A stretch of DNA of 60,821 nt, the filler included, from Asterionella formosa (lineage: Eukaryota), in the NCBI GenBank assembly GCA_002256025.1. It is 7 parts of 7 records of this genome, joined end to end, with 100 filler letters (N's around TTAATTAATTAA, not from the genome) between each part and the next. Parts side by side here need not be neighbours in the genome. Positions count along the whole stretch, not along the records: positions 1 to 8,617 come from NKIB01011940.1; positions 8,718 to 17,321 come from NKIB01011960.1; 5 more parts are not named here. One strand, 5' to 3'. Position numbers and translations under genes: made by a program. A model generated the notes under the pieces. The model did not search any database. It was not told the DNA's origin and saw only the letters and a list, made by a program, of their open reading frames with translations. Shown here one piece after another: positions 1 through 11,374 of this stretch (its first letter is position 1; every line of letters begins with the position of its first letter).

Positions 1-414
1 ATAAATGAAGACTTCTTTGATCAGCATCCTTGTTTTCGATGTTATCATTTAACGATGATGGTGTCATAAAATGCAAGCATGGTCGAATGCATGCCCAATG
101 CAACCTGCCCAATTACATTTAAACGGACGGATCAGCATCAAGCGCTCGGATCAGTATGGAAACCAACAAGCATCCGTAGCCATGATCACATTCTCCGGAA
201 CAAAGCTGAACTGACGTGCTAACAGGAAGGTAGCCTTCTCATTGAATGTTGAATCAGAAAGGTACGCACGTCTAGCTGAATGTTCTTCGGACACCGAGCA
301 TCTGGTAGCTCTCAAACTCTTTTAGGAGCCAACCGGTACAATCACACTTTCGCTTGGTTTTCTCTTACTTGCAAAACTCACAAAATGTAGGGTTCCAGCA
401 CGACGAGACTCGCA

Positions 415-1104
415 ATGATGGCTTCTAGAACTCCATCGCATGCCGTTAATCCTAAGCGAGCTTTCAGCACTAAGAACACCATTCCAGTGACAGACTTTGA
501 CGTGCGTTGCGGAAAAGATCGTTCCAATTTGGGGCACATGGGCAACAAACGCTTTCAGGCAATCATTGCCCTAAATATCCCTAGGTACAGACGAGCGGGT
601 AAGAAACGCGGCATCAAGTCTAATATTGTCAAGGCAGTCTTGAAGGATGTTCGATCATTGGGTAGCCGCTTCTTTCAGAAGAAAGGGAAGGAATGGATTG
701 AGGTCATCGACGATAGAATCATGTGTGACAAGGTGGGGCATGCTCTACGAGATAGTTGTTGTTCCAGCGACACCGTTGTTCGAGCGGAAGCCTTTATGAA
801 CAGGAACGGTTTTGAGTACGACAACGATGCTCACGATACTGAGATTGATGTCACCCTTTCCTCTGTACCCATTGCTCCATTCAGTGCAGTTGATGATTAT
901 GATGGTGACGACGTTGATGGCTATTTTCCACTTTTGTTTTTGGACGATCCGTCCGATATGTTTCACCTTATCGTGCACCCTGAGACCTTATCTTTAAGAC
1001 GCCAATCATGGAAGGAAGGATCTTCGTCGGAAACATGTCGTCTACAATCGGGGTACGATATCGTTGATGGTTGGCCACCTACCTGGTCATTACGTGGCCC
1101 TTGA
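415..1104 (+). CDS. DUF6824-domain protein (family expanded in diatoms)
   Basis: 229-aa ORF. DVRCGK...HMGNKRFQAII...YRRA...KSNIVKAVLKDVRSLGSRFF...WIEV...DKVGHALRD fits the DUF6824 pattern; acidic tail follows. Confidence 0.85.
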   Translation: MMASRTPSHAVNPKRAFSTKNTIPVTDFDVRCGKDRSNLGHMGNKRFQAIIALNIPRYRRAGKKRGIKSNIVKAVLKDVRSLGSRFFQKKGKEWIEVIDDRIMCDKVGHALRDSCCSSDTVVRAEAFMNRNGFEYDNDAHDTEIDVTLSSVPIAPFSAVDDYDGDDVDGYFPLLFLDDPSDMFHLIVHPETLSLRRQSWKEGSSSETCRLQSGYDIVDGWPPTWSLRGP

Positions 1105-3647
1105 TGCTCTGCTGGACAACCTACGTCGATCCAACTCCCGATGATTAGGATATGTTTAATATAACGTTCAAATATAGTATGCTTGCATGTACACGTGGGC
1201 AGTTTATTCAGTTTCAGGTCGTGCTGTGAGTTGATGCGGCAAAGCATGGTTCTGTTGGCGCAGCCCACCATCCTTTCTCTCCTTGATTGCTAGGTAGTTA
1301 CACCCACTTCCGAGTGTATTATCTATTTGCTTCACATAGCTGATCCTGAGTGTCTGAAATCTTGATCAATTTCTCCTGCTACCTAGTATGATGGCGAAAT
1401 ATGAGCACTACGATTGAAAAGGAGCTACAACATTCCTTGGGGTTGAGGAGGAGTGTGCAGCACCAATTTTGTCGGCAGAATCATGGACAGGTATATTATT
1501 GTTGGTCTCTTTCTCTTCCCCCTCCATTTCTGACTGAGTATCAAAAGCCTTGGAGAGGAAGGGAGTCCTCTCTGGCTGATCTCCTTTAACCACAGGAAGC
1601 CGAATACATAAGCATAATATTGATGGATCGAAGGATTTATGATGTATACATATATACACATTGTGGTATATACCGGTAAGTCTTTTCTGATGCTGATAGC
1701 AAGCACGCTCGGAAATTTCCAGGAAACTAAGTGTTGTTGTACTAATTCATGAATAAATACATTTGATACACTACGATAGTATTTTTAGAAGTGGCTGCCG
1801 ACTTCTTTGGTCTAGCTAAAAACACAGTTCCCAGCCACTGCTAATTCTCTCACTTCTGTCTGCACTGAGAGCTGTGGGTATCTCACTCTGCAAAAAGCCC
1901 TTAGGGTGCTTCTTAACACCATCAATAAGCATCTCCGAACTCCCTTTCCCATTGCCTCACCCATCCATCACTTGAATAGTTAACATCAACAATATGTCCC
2001 TGTTTCTCAACTCAACTGCCTACTCGTAGTCCACCAACACATATCTTCTACCAGACTGGAATTTGTCCATACAGCACAGGATTTCTGCTGGTCTATATAG
2101 TCACTCAAAAACTTCTAAATGGTGTGTCTAAAAGTTGTTGGCTAGGTTGATTGTCATTGTTGACATACTGATGCTATTTAAAATGTTCTTATGTATCTAA
2201 ATCGCCTCAAATATNNNNNNNNNNNNNNNNNNNNNNNNNNNNNNNNNNNNNNNNNNNNNNNNNNNNNNNNNNNNNNNNNNNNNNNNNNNNNNNNNNNNNN
2301 NNNNNNNNNNNNNNNNNNNNNNNNNNNNNNNNNNAAAATATTCTATTGAAATGAACGAAAATAGTAAAATAAACTAATCACTACTAGATTTAGAATTTTT
2401 AGAAAACAGGTTTGAAGCCTCAATAGGGACAGAACCCCATTCTAATAATAGTCAAGAATTTCCATCCAAACACCTTTTCCCAATGGTCAACAGAAACAAT
2501 GGTCAACAGAAAAATCTGATTAAAACCGGCTCATGTTGCTGGCAATAAGAACATTAATTCAATCAGCCAATTCGCTTTCAACCACCACTGACACACGCCA
2601 ATTGACCACTTACTCACACAAGTACCACTTTCATCCATATTAGTGTTATTTCTCTGTCTGGCGCCTCTCTCAAATCAACACTTATCTATGATGGTGTATC
2701 GCAACAATGTTGTAACCATGTGCTGCACCAGCCAGTGATAACATCACCAGAGGACAATAACGCATGATGAATGCCATGGACTGGTGTGTTCGACTTTTAT
2801 GAGTTTTCATAATATGTGTGTAAGTCTATTTTTAAGGTAAAAATACCGTGATCAGCCACATTTTAACAAATTCACTTAGCAATATACTACTACATCACCA
2901 AATTTCGATTCGTGACTTATGCAGTATATTAGCTAGCTTGTTTTGATGAAAAAGTAACTTCTTCAAAAGTATACAATTTCTGGTACATAATACCAGTTAG
3001 TATTTTCAGGGATATGTCCTGTGGTGACAGGGACGAGGAGGTTGCTCAAGAAATGCTTACCAGAAAATCTATATTTTGACGAAGTTATAGAATAAAGGTT
3101 CCTAAACGAGACCCCCAATTTCTCGTAATTTTTAAAATTGGGAGAGCATCTAGGCGATTAGCATACAAATTTACCGTCTAAAGGCCAAAAATTTTTGGAA
3201 GTGCCCCGGCATCTTGATCTTGTTGTTCGAGTTAGTACATATGGCTGGGTGCATCCTGAAACTACATTCTTAGGTAGCCACGACTGTAGCTACCAGTACT
3301 AAATAATTTTGGCTCAAGTAAAATTTTGTACATATATAACATCTATATGAATAAATTTTATGTATACATTTTAATAATTTTACCATCTAATCTCGTTGTT
3401 GTCATGGTTGAGTTCATTCAGGATGAACATGAAATCGAAGTCCATTGTACAGTGATGGTTGTGAAATCGTTGTAGTCGCTTAATTGTAACTACTATTGGA
3501 CTGTATTTGAGGCATTACTTTACAGTTTCAACCCCAGATGGTCCACTGTCAAGCTCAAGAGCTTTGCACGTAAATTGGTTAGTCATGTAGATGTGGATTT
3601 GCCATGCTCAACACTAAATAGGTCATATACTATAAACCAAATCGTGT

Positions 3648-3724
3648 CCTCCTGCGCCGCTTGATGCGTTTACTGATAGCGCTGCTCATGACGGTTATGT
3701 TGATAAATCAAGCGGTGCGGGAGG
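3648..3724. repeat. 18-bp imperfect inverted repeat (hairpin) in non-coding, TE-like DNA
   Basis: CCTCCTGCGCCGCTTGAT (3648-3665) pairs with ATCAAGCGGTGCGGGAGG (3707-3724): 16 Watson-Crick pairs and 2 G-U. Confidence 0.8.
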
Positions 3725-4413
3725 TTGTAGAATTGTTGAGTAAACCAACAGAATAATTCTGACTTGTTCACCAATGTGATTTCAACAAGGGCTTTTAGGC
3801 GCAAAATATTATATGCAGTAACCCGCTAATACTAGGTCTACGGGGGGCTACATCGTGACCGCACGCAGCCATATGAAATCCTTTACCCGGTATGTGATGT
3901 CACATCATACATACGACTGAAAATGCCATGTTTGATCTCTCATTTCCGAGTAAATCATCCATGACTCGACTGTGACGTCGGCGAGAGTCACAACTGTTGA
4001 TCTTGACACGTTTTTTCTGAGAATTCCTGAACTGTCATCAGATTATTCGGCTCACATACCGGTACTCATCCCAAAAGCCAACAATGGCACGAGAAGCCGA
4101 GTTACTGTGTTCTACTGTTATGTCTTTCTGGAGGAAATAATGGTTCACCCATGAGTCATGCGTTTATCCTAGTAGCGAAACCAACACTCGAATCAGCTTT
4201 GATTGTCTTTGAATTGAGCTACTGAACCAGGTTACAGAACGAATAAGTGTAGTCATCAATTAAAACATAATATATGTTACTATGTGCAGTCTCTATTTCG
4301 TGGCGAGCATATGTTTCTATACAACGTCATTTGTTCATGGTCAGTTGTTGCTTGTGTCGTGCTTCGCAATTGTAGTCGGAAGTTGTGCCAGTAAAGTTCA
4401 TGTTGAGGCGAAG

Positions 4414-4947
4414 TCAGACATGCATTCGTTCTAATGCAGATTCAACTTCCCAAGTCGTAGGTTCCAAGTCTGACTGTCGCAACGGCCTACGTTCCAAACG
4501 ATACGGTTCACAACTGTTTTTACTTGACAATAAGAGTGGAAAGCTTTGTACTTTGTACATGGAATACTCCTCGTCCTGCGGAATGACATCGACAAATTGT
4601 CCCCAAGGCGAGGAGCATGATTCTTCACCATTTCGCCTCGTGGGCAGCAGCAGCATGGGCAGAGCCCTTTCATCTTCTTGTGCTGCCAGGTCTGATAGGC
4701 ATACAGACGGGGTTGGTCTTCGCAATAGCCCCTTGGACTTGTATGGTTCGTCAGTCCTTGACTTTCGTACTAATGTGGGGGCATGGTGTTTGGCAGCGGG
4801 CGCTTCAAACTCAAAGGAACACGACGAGGACGACGACGTCGTTTCCGAGTCTTCGAACGAGACCTTCCGGGCGGTCATGCTGTTGCGTCGGTGTGTGACG
4901 TGATCCGTATATTGGCCGACATTGCGTCGCTTGGAAATCTTGGGCAT
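4414..4947 (-). CDS. hypothetical Ser-rich protein with an SSPWGQFVDV motif
   Basis: 177-aa ATG ORF with coding-like GC content; low-complexity protein containing one short aromatic motif. Confidence 0.6.
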   Translation of the reverse strand: MPKISKRRNVGQYTDHVTHRRNSMTARKVSFEDSETTSSSSSCSFEFEAPAAKHHAPTLVRKSRTDEPYKSKGLLRRPTPSVCLSDLAAQEDERALPMLLLPTRRNGEESCSSPWGQFVDVIPQDEEYSMYKVQSFPLLLSSKNSCEPYRLERRPLRQSDLEPTTWEVESALERMHV

Positions 4948-6106
4948 GGCTGCGCTGGATATTGATCTATGTTGATTCGACTGGACTAGACTACCGGAAG
5001 TGTAACGTTGAGCGAGGCGATCTGAAGCGATATGAGCGAAGGAGGTCTAGATGGATTATGTTTATGTTTTTTTTATGATGTCAATCGAAATTCGAGTCCA
5101 TCAGCAATCTCCTTATTTCGAACGGTGAGTGAACCGACTCTTTATTTTTCGTTTTATTTGTTGACATGGAACGAGACATCATGAAGAATGAAAAAAGTGT
5201 CAAACACATCCATGACGCTTCGTCGCAAAAACGGCAAAAAAATTATTGGCGCCTCGCTCCCGTATCAGCAAACTGACGTGCGTGCGTAAATGAACACCAA
5301 CATACCTGATGTATTATGTCATCCTATGTAGAGGAAACCTTGCTCAGTACTGACCTGTGGGGAGTTGCGGTAAACGAGGGGTTTTACTATTAGGAAAACA
5401 AAGCTAAATTTCTCATTCATTGCAACTTTCTCTGGTCTACCTGGTGTAGGAGTGGTACCATGTACTCCTACTATCATGTAGGAGTACATGTCATACACTC
5501 GATGCTTACCCTGGTACCAGGTACATATCGGTACTCCACAATAACGTAGAGCTAAACAACCCGGAACGGTTCTGAATGTCAAGACTGACGACAGTATAAA
5601 CATCAGCCATAGTAGACAGCAGCAGAAGAAACAATTCTGTCCATCAGAACCCTGGCTTGGAATTTGGTCTTCGTATTTTGTGTCAGCACAAGCGGACATC
5701 ATGATGTGAAGACCATCCATGGCGCACCCACTGATCCTGATTGCTGATGACATTCGAATCAAAAAATACGTACTTGCGTGGTTCCCCGGAAGACTCGACA
5801 ACGCGCTGATTTGAGGTAGGTGACATCAATCTTGTCAGCAATTCCTATACCAGTACTGGTGCTAGTAGGTAAGCTATTATCATGTGTCATGAATCGCATC
5901 CTTCAATGTCATAAATGATTGAATTAGAGTCCATGCAAGGTTGGATGATATCATAATGAGCATCGTTGAAAATGGACCAAAACAAGCCAGCATACCGGTA
6001 GTATCACATTCAATTCTGTAAAATACAGAATACCGGTAGTTAATGGTAACGACGATAAACAAATGGGATAATTACATGTAATATTTATTGAATCACCTGA
6101 ATAAAA

Positions 6107-8611
6107 TTATCTATCCTGGGGAGGATCCAGATGAATCGACCCAGGGTCCACCAGATTCAACCGGCCATTCTTCACTTCCACTGTATGCATTTTCACTCCC
6201 AAATTGTCAGCAAAACGTTGAGGCACATTCCGTTCCTTTGGACCCGTTGTGATATTAATTACTACTCCTGGTCGGCCTCCCCGCCCACATCGACCAGCTC
6301 GATGTGCATAGTGAGAAGCATCCGTAGGCAAATCCAAATTAATCACATGTGTCAATAATGGAGCATCCAATCCGCGAGCTGCCAATTCCGTTGCCACCAC
6401 GAGACCAACATATCCTTCTCGTAACGCCTTGCTTACCTCTGCTCGATCCATCTTCTCACTCTTGTCTCCACCATGTAACGGAGCTGCCACAATCCCAAGC
6501 TCGTCCAATTTGTCAATAAGTATATCCACACGACGGGCATTTTCAGCAAAAATCAACACTTGTTGAGGTATTGGATCCGTGTGGAGAATGCGTCGAATGG
6601 CATCCAACGCGAAACGCTTCTGAGGAACGTGCACAACGCCATGTAGGACTGTCTTGCTCACCCGTGTGCCTCCACCTCCACTACCAGTTGTCACGAGCTT
6701 GTCGTAACGATCAGCCATGGCCATTACATACCCAGGTCGAAGAAAGGTATCTAATTTCACAGATCCCATCATATCAGATGCCGTTGCCGAACAAAGTATA
6801 GATTGGAGCGATTCTCGATGACGGTTCTTAAGCACCTGCACCAGTGCCGCAGTTGGGTCACGATGAGGTTTGTACTCTAACAGCGCATCGAACTCATCCA
6901 AGACAATGGATTTAAGTGATGCAATCGGGAGACGTCCTTTCTTTTCTCCAGCCTTACCGACAATCAATTCGGCAATCCGGCCAGGTGTTCCTACAAGAAT
7001 CGTAGGCTTTCTCTTTCGAATTTGTTCTAAATTCCGTGCGAACGTTGTCCCACCAATAGATAACATGGTGGTCATTTCGGTCCCCGCAAGCAGGTCCCTT
7101 GCAACACTGACAATTTGTGAGGCCAATTCTCGGCCTGGAGCCACAATTAAGACTTGTATGCCGTCGGAGGGGTCGTCTAACAATAAGAGGCGTTGCACCA
7201 AAGGAACCAAAAATGCCAACGTTTTGCCACTTCCAGTATAGGTTCCCACCAAAACATCGTTTCCTGTCAAAATACTCGGGCACGCCTTGTCTTGTACAGC
7301 AAGGGGTACGGGACATTTCATAGTTTGAAGATTGAGTAAAAGTTGAGGAGATGTAATACCGAGTTCTTCCCAAGAGCGAGCAGTATCATCGTCGTCGTGT
7401 GTATCATCACCGCCATTATCAGTATCAGCAGCAAAGAATATCTTGGCTTGATCCAATGTCAAATAAAGTGCATTGCCGTCCATATCGAGAATAGGCCTTG
7501 ACTCCTCACGGCGGGGCAACTTCGTTGCCCGGGCGTCACTCGTGTCATCTCCTTCGCTCTCCTTTGAGCTTCCTGTAGCAGCGACAGGATTAAAGAAAAA
7601 TCCTGGACTTGACTCTTGATTGTTCTTGATCGATTCCCTTTGAGATGCTTCCCATGGAGCCTTTTTTGTTCTCTCGTCCTCTTTGGCGACTGCTGATCGC
7701 ATTAATTCGTTCGGTATCATACTACGATCATAACCACCGACCGGTTTGGGTGAGATGAGCCTTCCAACAACAGAGAATTCGTCGTCATCTTCCTCATCAT
7801 CAAGTTCAAAGCCTTCATCGTCGAGATCATAGAAATCTCCTTGAATGTCTAATTCTTGGTCAAATTCATCCACGTCCGTTTCCATCGGCAAAGGATCCAG
7901 TGCTAATTGATAATTTTCTTCTTCTTCTCGCACCAAATCTTTCCACTTTGCAGTCTTATTGGGACGCTGTTGGTTATCGTCCTTGCTAACAAGTCGTTCT
8001 TGATTCCGCCTCACTCGATTCATGACCGCATCTTCTTTGGATCCTAAAAAGACCCCATTGGCAGCAGCAGCAGAAGTAGTAGTAGAAGAGGAAGAAGGAG
8101 TCATTGTAGCAGCAGCAGCAGCAGCAGTAGCTTGTTCTTCCTTGAGCCATGGATCAACGACAGGTTTTCCACGAAATTCCAATGCAGGTACTTTGTCATC
8201 CTTCTCATTTACAAATTCATATTCATTTGGATCAGCCGTCCATCTTTGTACTGTGGTTCCCCATCGTTGCGTCATTGTCGCTTCCAATTCTTCAATGGAT
8301 TTAGTGGATTTCCACATGTATTCATTCCCTGCTTCAATTGGTTTGGTTGGGTCCTTGTTGTTGTTGTTGTTAGTTGTCGTTGCTGTTGTTGTACGACGAA
8401 AGAAATTATCGGCATCGCTGGGGGGAGTCTTTTTCTTGCTGGTAGTAGTAGGACTATTGTCCTTTTGGATGCGCTTGTTCGTGTTATCATTATTATTATT
8501 ATTATTGTTGTTGCTGGGACTCTGGTTGGAATGTTCTTCTTGAGAAAATCGAGGTGATTTCTTTTGTGCGTACACTACAAACAGGAATGCTCCTTTCTTG
8601 CAAGGATTCAT
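6107..8611 (-). CDS. DEAD-box RNA helicase with a long low-complexity N-terminus (5' end may be cut by the contig end)
   Basis: Q-motif (WEELGI...PLAVQ), TGSGKT, PGRELA, GG, TPGR, DEFD, SAT, ARGLD, HRAGRCGR. Confidence 0.93.
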   Translation of the reverse strand: MNPCKKGAFLFVVYAQKKSPRFSQEEHSNQSPSNNNNNNNNDNTNKRIQKDNSPTTTSKKKTPPSDADNFFRRTTTATTTNNNNNKDPTKPIEAGNEYMWKSTKSIEELEATMTQRWGTTVQRWTADPNEYEFVNEKDDKVPALEFRGKPVVDPWLKEEQATAAAAAATMTPSSSSTTTSAAAANGVFLGSKEDAVMNRVRRNQERLVSKDDNQQRPNKTAKWKDLVREEEENYQLALDPLPMETDVDEFDQELDIQGDFYDLDDEGFELDDEEDDDEFSVVGRLISPKPVGGYDRSMIPNELMRSAVAKEDERTKKAPWEASQRESIKNNQESSPGFFFNPVAATGSSKESEGDDTSDARATKLPRREESRPILDMDGNALYLTLDQAKIFFAADTDNGGDDTHDDDDTARSWEELGITSPQLLLNLQTMKCPVPLAVQDKACPSILTGNDVLVGTYTGSGKTLAFLVPLVQRLLLLDDPSDGIQVLIVAPGRELASQIVSVARDLLAGTEMTTMLSIGGTTFARNLEQIRKRKPTILVGTPGRIAELIVGKAGEKKGRLPIASLKSIVLDEFDALLEYKPHRDPTAALVQVLKNRHRESLQSILCSATASDMMGSVKLDTFLRPGYVMAMADRYDKLVTTGSGGGGTRVSKTVLHGVVHVPQKRFALDAIRRILHTDPIPQQVLIFAENARRVDILIDKLDELGIVAAPLHGGDKSEKMDRAEVSKALREGYVGLVVATELAARGLDAPLLTHVINLDLPTDASHYAHRAGRCGRGGRPGVVINITTGPKERNVPQRFADNLGVKMHTVEVKNGRLNLVDPGSIHLDPPQDR
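8058..8515. repeat. trinucleotide microsatellites (GCA, TTG, TTA, GTA) encoding poly-Ala/Asn/Thr in the helicase N-terminus
   Basis: Visible runs such as gcagcagcagcagcagcag, ttgttgttgttgttg and ttattattattatt. Confidence 0.8.
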
Positions 8612-8617
8612 AGTTGT

Positions 8618-8717
8618 NNNNNNNNNNNNNNNNNNNNNNNNNNNNNNNNNNNNNNNNNNNNTTAATTAATTAANNNNNNNNNNNNNNNNNNNNNNNNNNN
8701 NNNNNNNNNNNNNNNNN
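8618..8717. other. artificial contig spacer (N44-TTAATTAATTAA-N44); identical spacers at 17322-17421, 26026-26125, 34730-34829, 43433-43532 and 52134-52233
   Basis: The same 100-nt block, with stops in all six frames, recurs about every 8.70 kb. Enclosed contigs are 8604, 8604, 8604, 8603 and 8601 nt. Confidence 0.97.
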
Positions 8718-9710
8718 AATCAATAAGAAAAATGCCAGTAGCCTTGGCAAGCGAAAATGTGATAGCTTGCCGTATGATCAAAAAATTAAGAAACCATGAC
8801 ATGGATGGACAGTCAGGTTTTGCCCCAGGGATATTACTGTTGCTAATACAACCAAAGCTAACAGTAGGATTTCCAAAAGCATAAAAGAGTAAAGCTGATA
8901 TTCCAAGAGTAGGAAGCAAAACGTAAAGTAGGAAAGTCCTAATGTAGCCTTTCATCAAATCTTGTCGAGGCTTTAAGAAACTTTTGAAAACTTCCAAATC
9001 TTCTTTGAAATTAAAATTAGCTCGCTTGATGATCCCTGGTGTATGCATCGCAATATCGTGGGTTCCTTCTACAAATTGTTTGGATTTATTCCATGTTGTG
9101 GCAATTTTGCTTCCAAAGGTCTTGGGCGGTACTGCCTTTCCTGATGCAACATTGGTGGACGCAGTGGATGCACCCTCTTCAATATCCAATTCATGACCTT
9201 CTTGGTAGATATCTGTCTTCTTTGGGTTTGCTTGACCCCTGTTTCTTCCACAACAATTCCAAGACGACTTATTGTGCTCGCTGCCGCCGCCATCAGGTAT
9301 GGTGATTTGTTGTGCAGGGTGCAAAAGTGGTTCATCGTCTGGTGCGTTGACATGTCGACGAAACAATAAACTAGCATTGTGAACAAAAGCATCCTGATCA
9401 CGAGTATGCGCTTCCACTTCCCATCCAGTATTTCCTGGACGACCAACATCGGACGATGCAAGTCTACGTCGGCGCGACTCCATCGAATCCGCCAATGCTG
9501 ACGCTTCATTGCTGGTGGAATGAATGTCTCTCATGGCAGCCGATAGACCAAACAACGTTCCTTCCAAGGTCGAGTCATTTGCAGCTGTAGTGTTTTTGGC
9601 AGGTCCTATTCTTGCATGGGAACTAGTCGACTGTTTGCTGCGAGCGGGTGACGGAGGTGCAGCTGAGTAACCCACATTAATCGGTTGCTTAGGAGGAGTG
9701 GCAATTGAAA
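8718..9710 (-). CDS. partial membrane protein, probably the N-terminal part of a diatom MscS-like mechanosensitive channel; 3' end lost at the contig end, 5' end interrupted at 9711
   Basis: The frame is open from VSIATPPKQPINVGYS onward. The TM pattern YVLLPTLGISALLFYAFGNP...SMSWFLNFLIIRQAITFSLAKATGIFLID resembles diatom MSL N-terminal helices (recalled, not searched). Confidence 0.6.
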
Positions 9711-11374
9711 CACTATAATTTTGATAAATGCCTTTGTAATTTAAATAGTAACCCTTTTGACTACATATATTTAATTATTATATGTATTGTTTCTGTTTGA
9801 TTCCTGTATTCGAATTTCTTGGTAGGATAATGTACCAGTTCAAGTAATGTAATTTGGCTCGTCATTTCCATCCGCCCCTCATCACTCCGATTTTTGCAAC
9901 AACAACGATATCCTAGCGATGACAAGTGGAAGGAATGTTTGCGATAACGTCTTCAATTTGTTGGTCAAGCGATCTTTATATCTTCGAGTAATTGTCATGT
10001 GCAGTGAACCTTTGTTCATAATTATTCAATCAAGAGTTTACAGGAGAGAAGAAACCCTTCGAACTCGTAATGTTTCCGCACACAGCGCACAAAGTATATC
10101 CGTTTCGTCCACTTCAGCATGACAATCTCGCCAATCAACCCGTAAACAAACACATTCTACTTGTTCTCGTTGACATGTTCAATTCTCACATGATACTACA
10201 TCTACTATTGAGATTCAGCATAGAAGGAGATACGAAAATGTGCGTAACAGACTACTGTCCACATAGCTATAGTTATAGAATGATTCTGATTAGAATTTCA
10301 TTTTCATATCGCTCGCTCGTTTCTGCATTTGGTATACTGTACTTGAATTAACTATTGAACTTGTCCGCATCTTTGTTAACATCAATAGAGCGACAAGTGG
10401 GTTTCTTCATTGTTATTTGCTCCTGGAAAAGTCGGTGTCCATGTCATCCTCATCAATAGAGAGACAAGTTCTTTCGCTGGAAAAATTGGTACTCGTGGTA
10501 TCATTATTCGCTCGTTGGAACCACTGTCCATTTCCTCAAACCTGATTAGCGTGTGAGTATGTGCACTGTCGACTTTTGTACATTACAGGCGGAGTGACTT
10601 GGCTACTAAATTGCGTGATATAATGACAATATCATACCCCATAGCACGATGCGTAATGCAGTTGCTTCCCAATCATCTCATCATGATTGATAAGATGATA
10701 ATGTAATATCATGATAGGGTTACATCAATGCATACATCACCAAAGCATGATACGTAATAATGAATAAAAAACATCACATAGCTATGATGCAGCGATCATA
10801 AAACTGTGATGATTTTCTAAAATGTATATGATATAATTTTGATCAAAATACGAATATGTAAAAATAGTACAATGACAATAAAGTACGATAAAATATGTAC
10901 GCAAGTGTTACCAAGACATAGAATATAAATCAAGCAATCATAAAGTATGTTAATTAATATATATGTTTGTCGTTTAATGTATACAGTTAAAGTCAACAGT
11001 AAAAATGATAGTATTATACAGTGGATAGGATCTAAGTATACGGATGCGTTGATATGTACATCACTATAATATGATTTGTGATATGGATTGATGCATATCA
11101 CATACCGGTATCCTCAACAACCAGCCATCACGTTCATTGTCGTGTCGTCTTTCCTTGTTTTAGCTATATATATGCCAGCATGTGTATTGTGTAAACACTA
11201 CGCTGGCGGAACATGCATATTACACTGTGCTCTGTTCAACAATTACTACACTCGGTTACCATCACACCAGTTCCACCTCCACAAGCGCCGCAATAAGCTC
11301 CACGAAAAGCTCCGCGTTTCCCTTCCACTGTTTTACATCATAGTCTTCTGGCCCTTCAACAACTCGCTTTCCAA

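Noticed and set aside
1790..2130. Possible RNase H remnant on the minus strand (VWTNS..., LAVAGN)
   Set aside because: Too degenerate and broken to support a call without a search.
5697..5812. ATGATGT...CTGA...CTGATGA...CTGA, a possible snoRNA
   Set aside because: The C box is imperfect and there is no closing stem or recognisable rRNA complement.
9770..10560. Possible third (Cys-containing) gene in the Plavaka element on the minus strand
   Set aside because: CxxC appears in two frames, but stop density is close to random and no family motif is recognisable.
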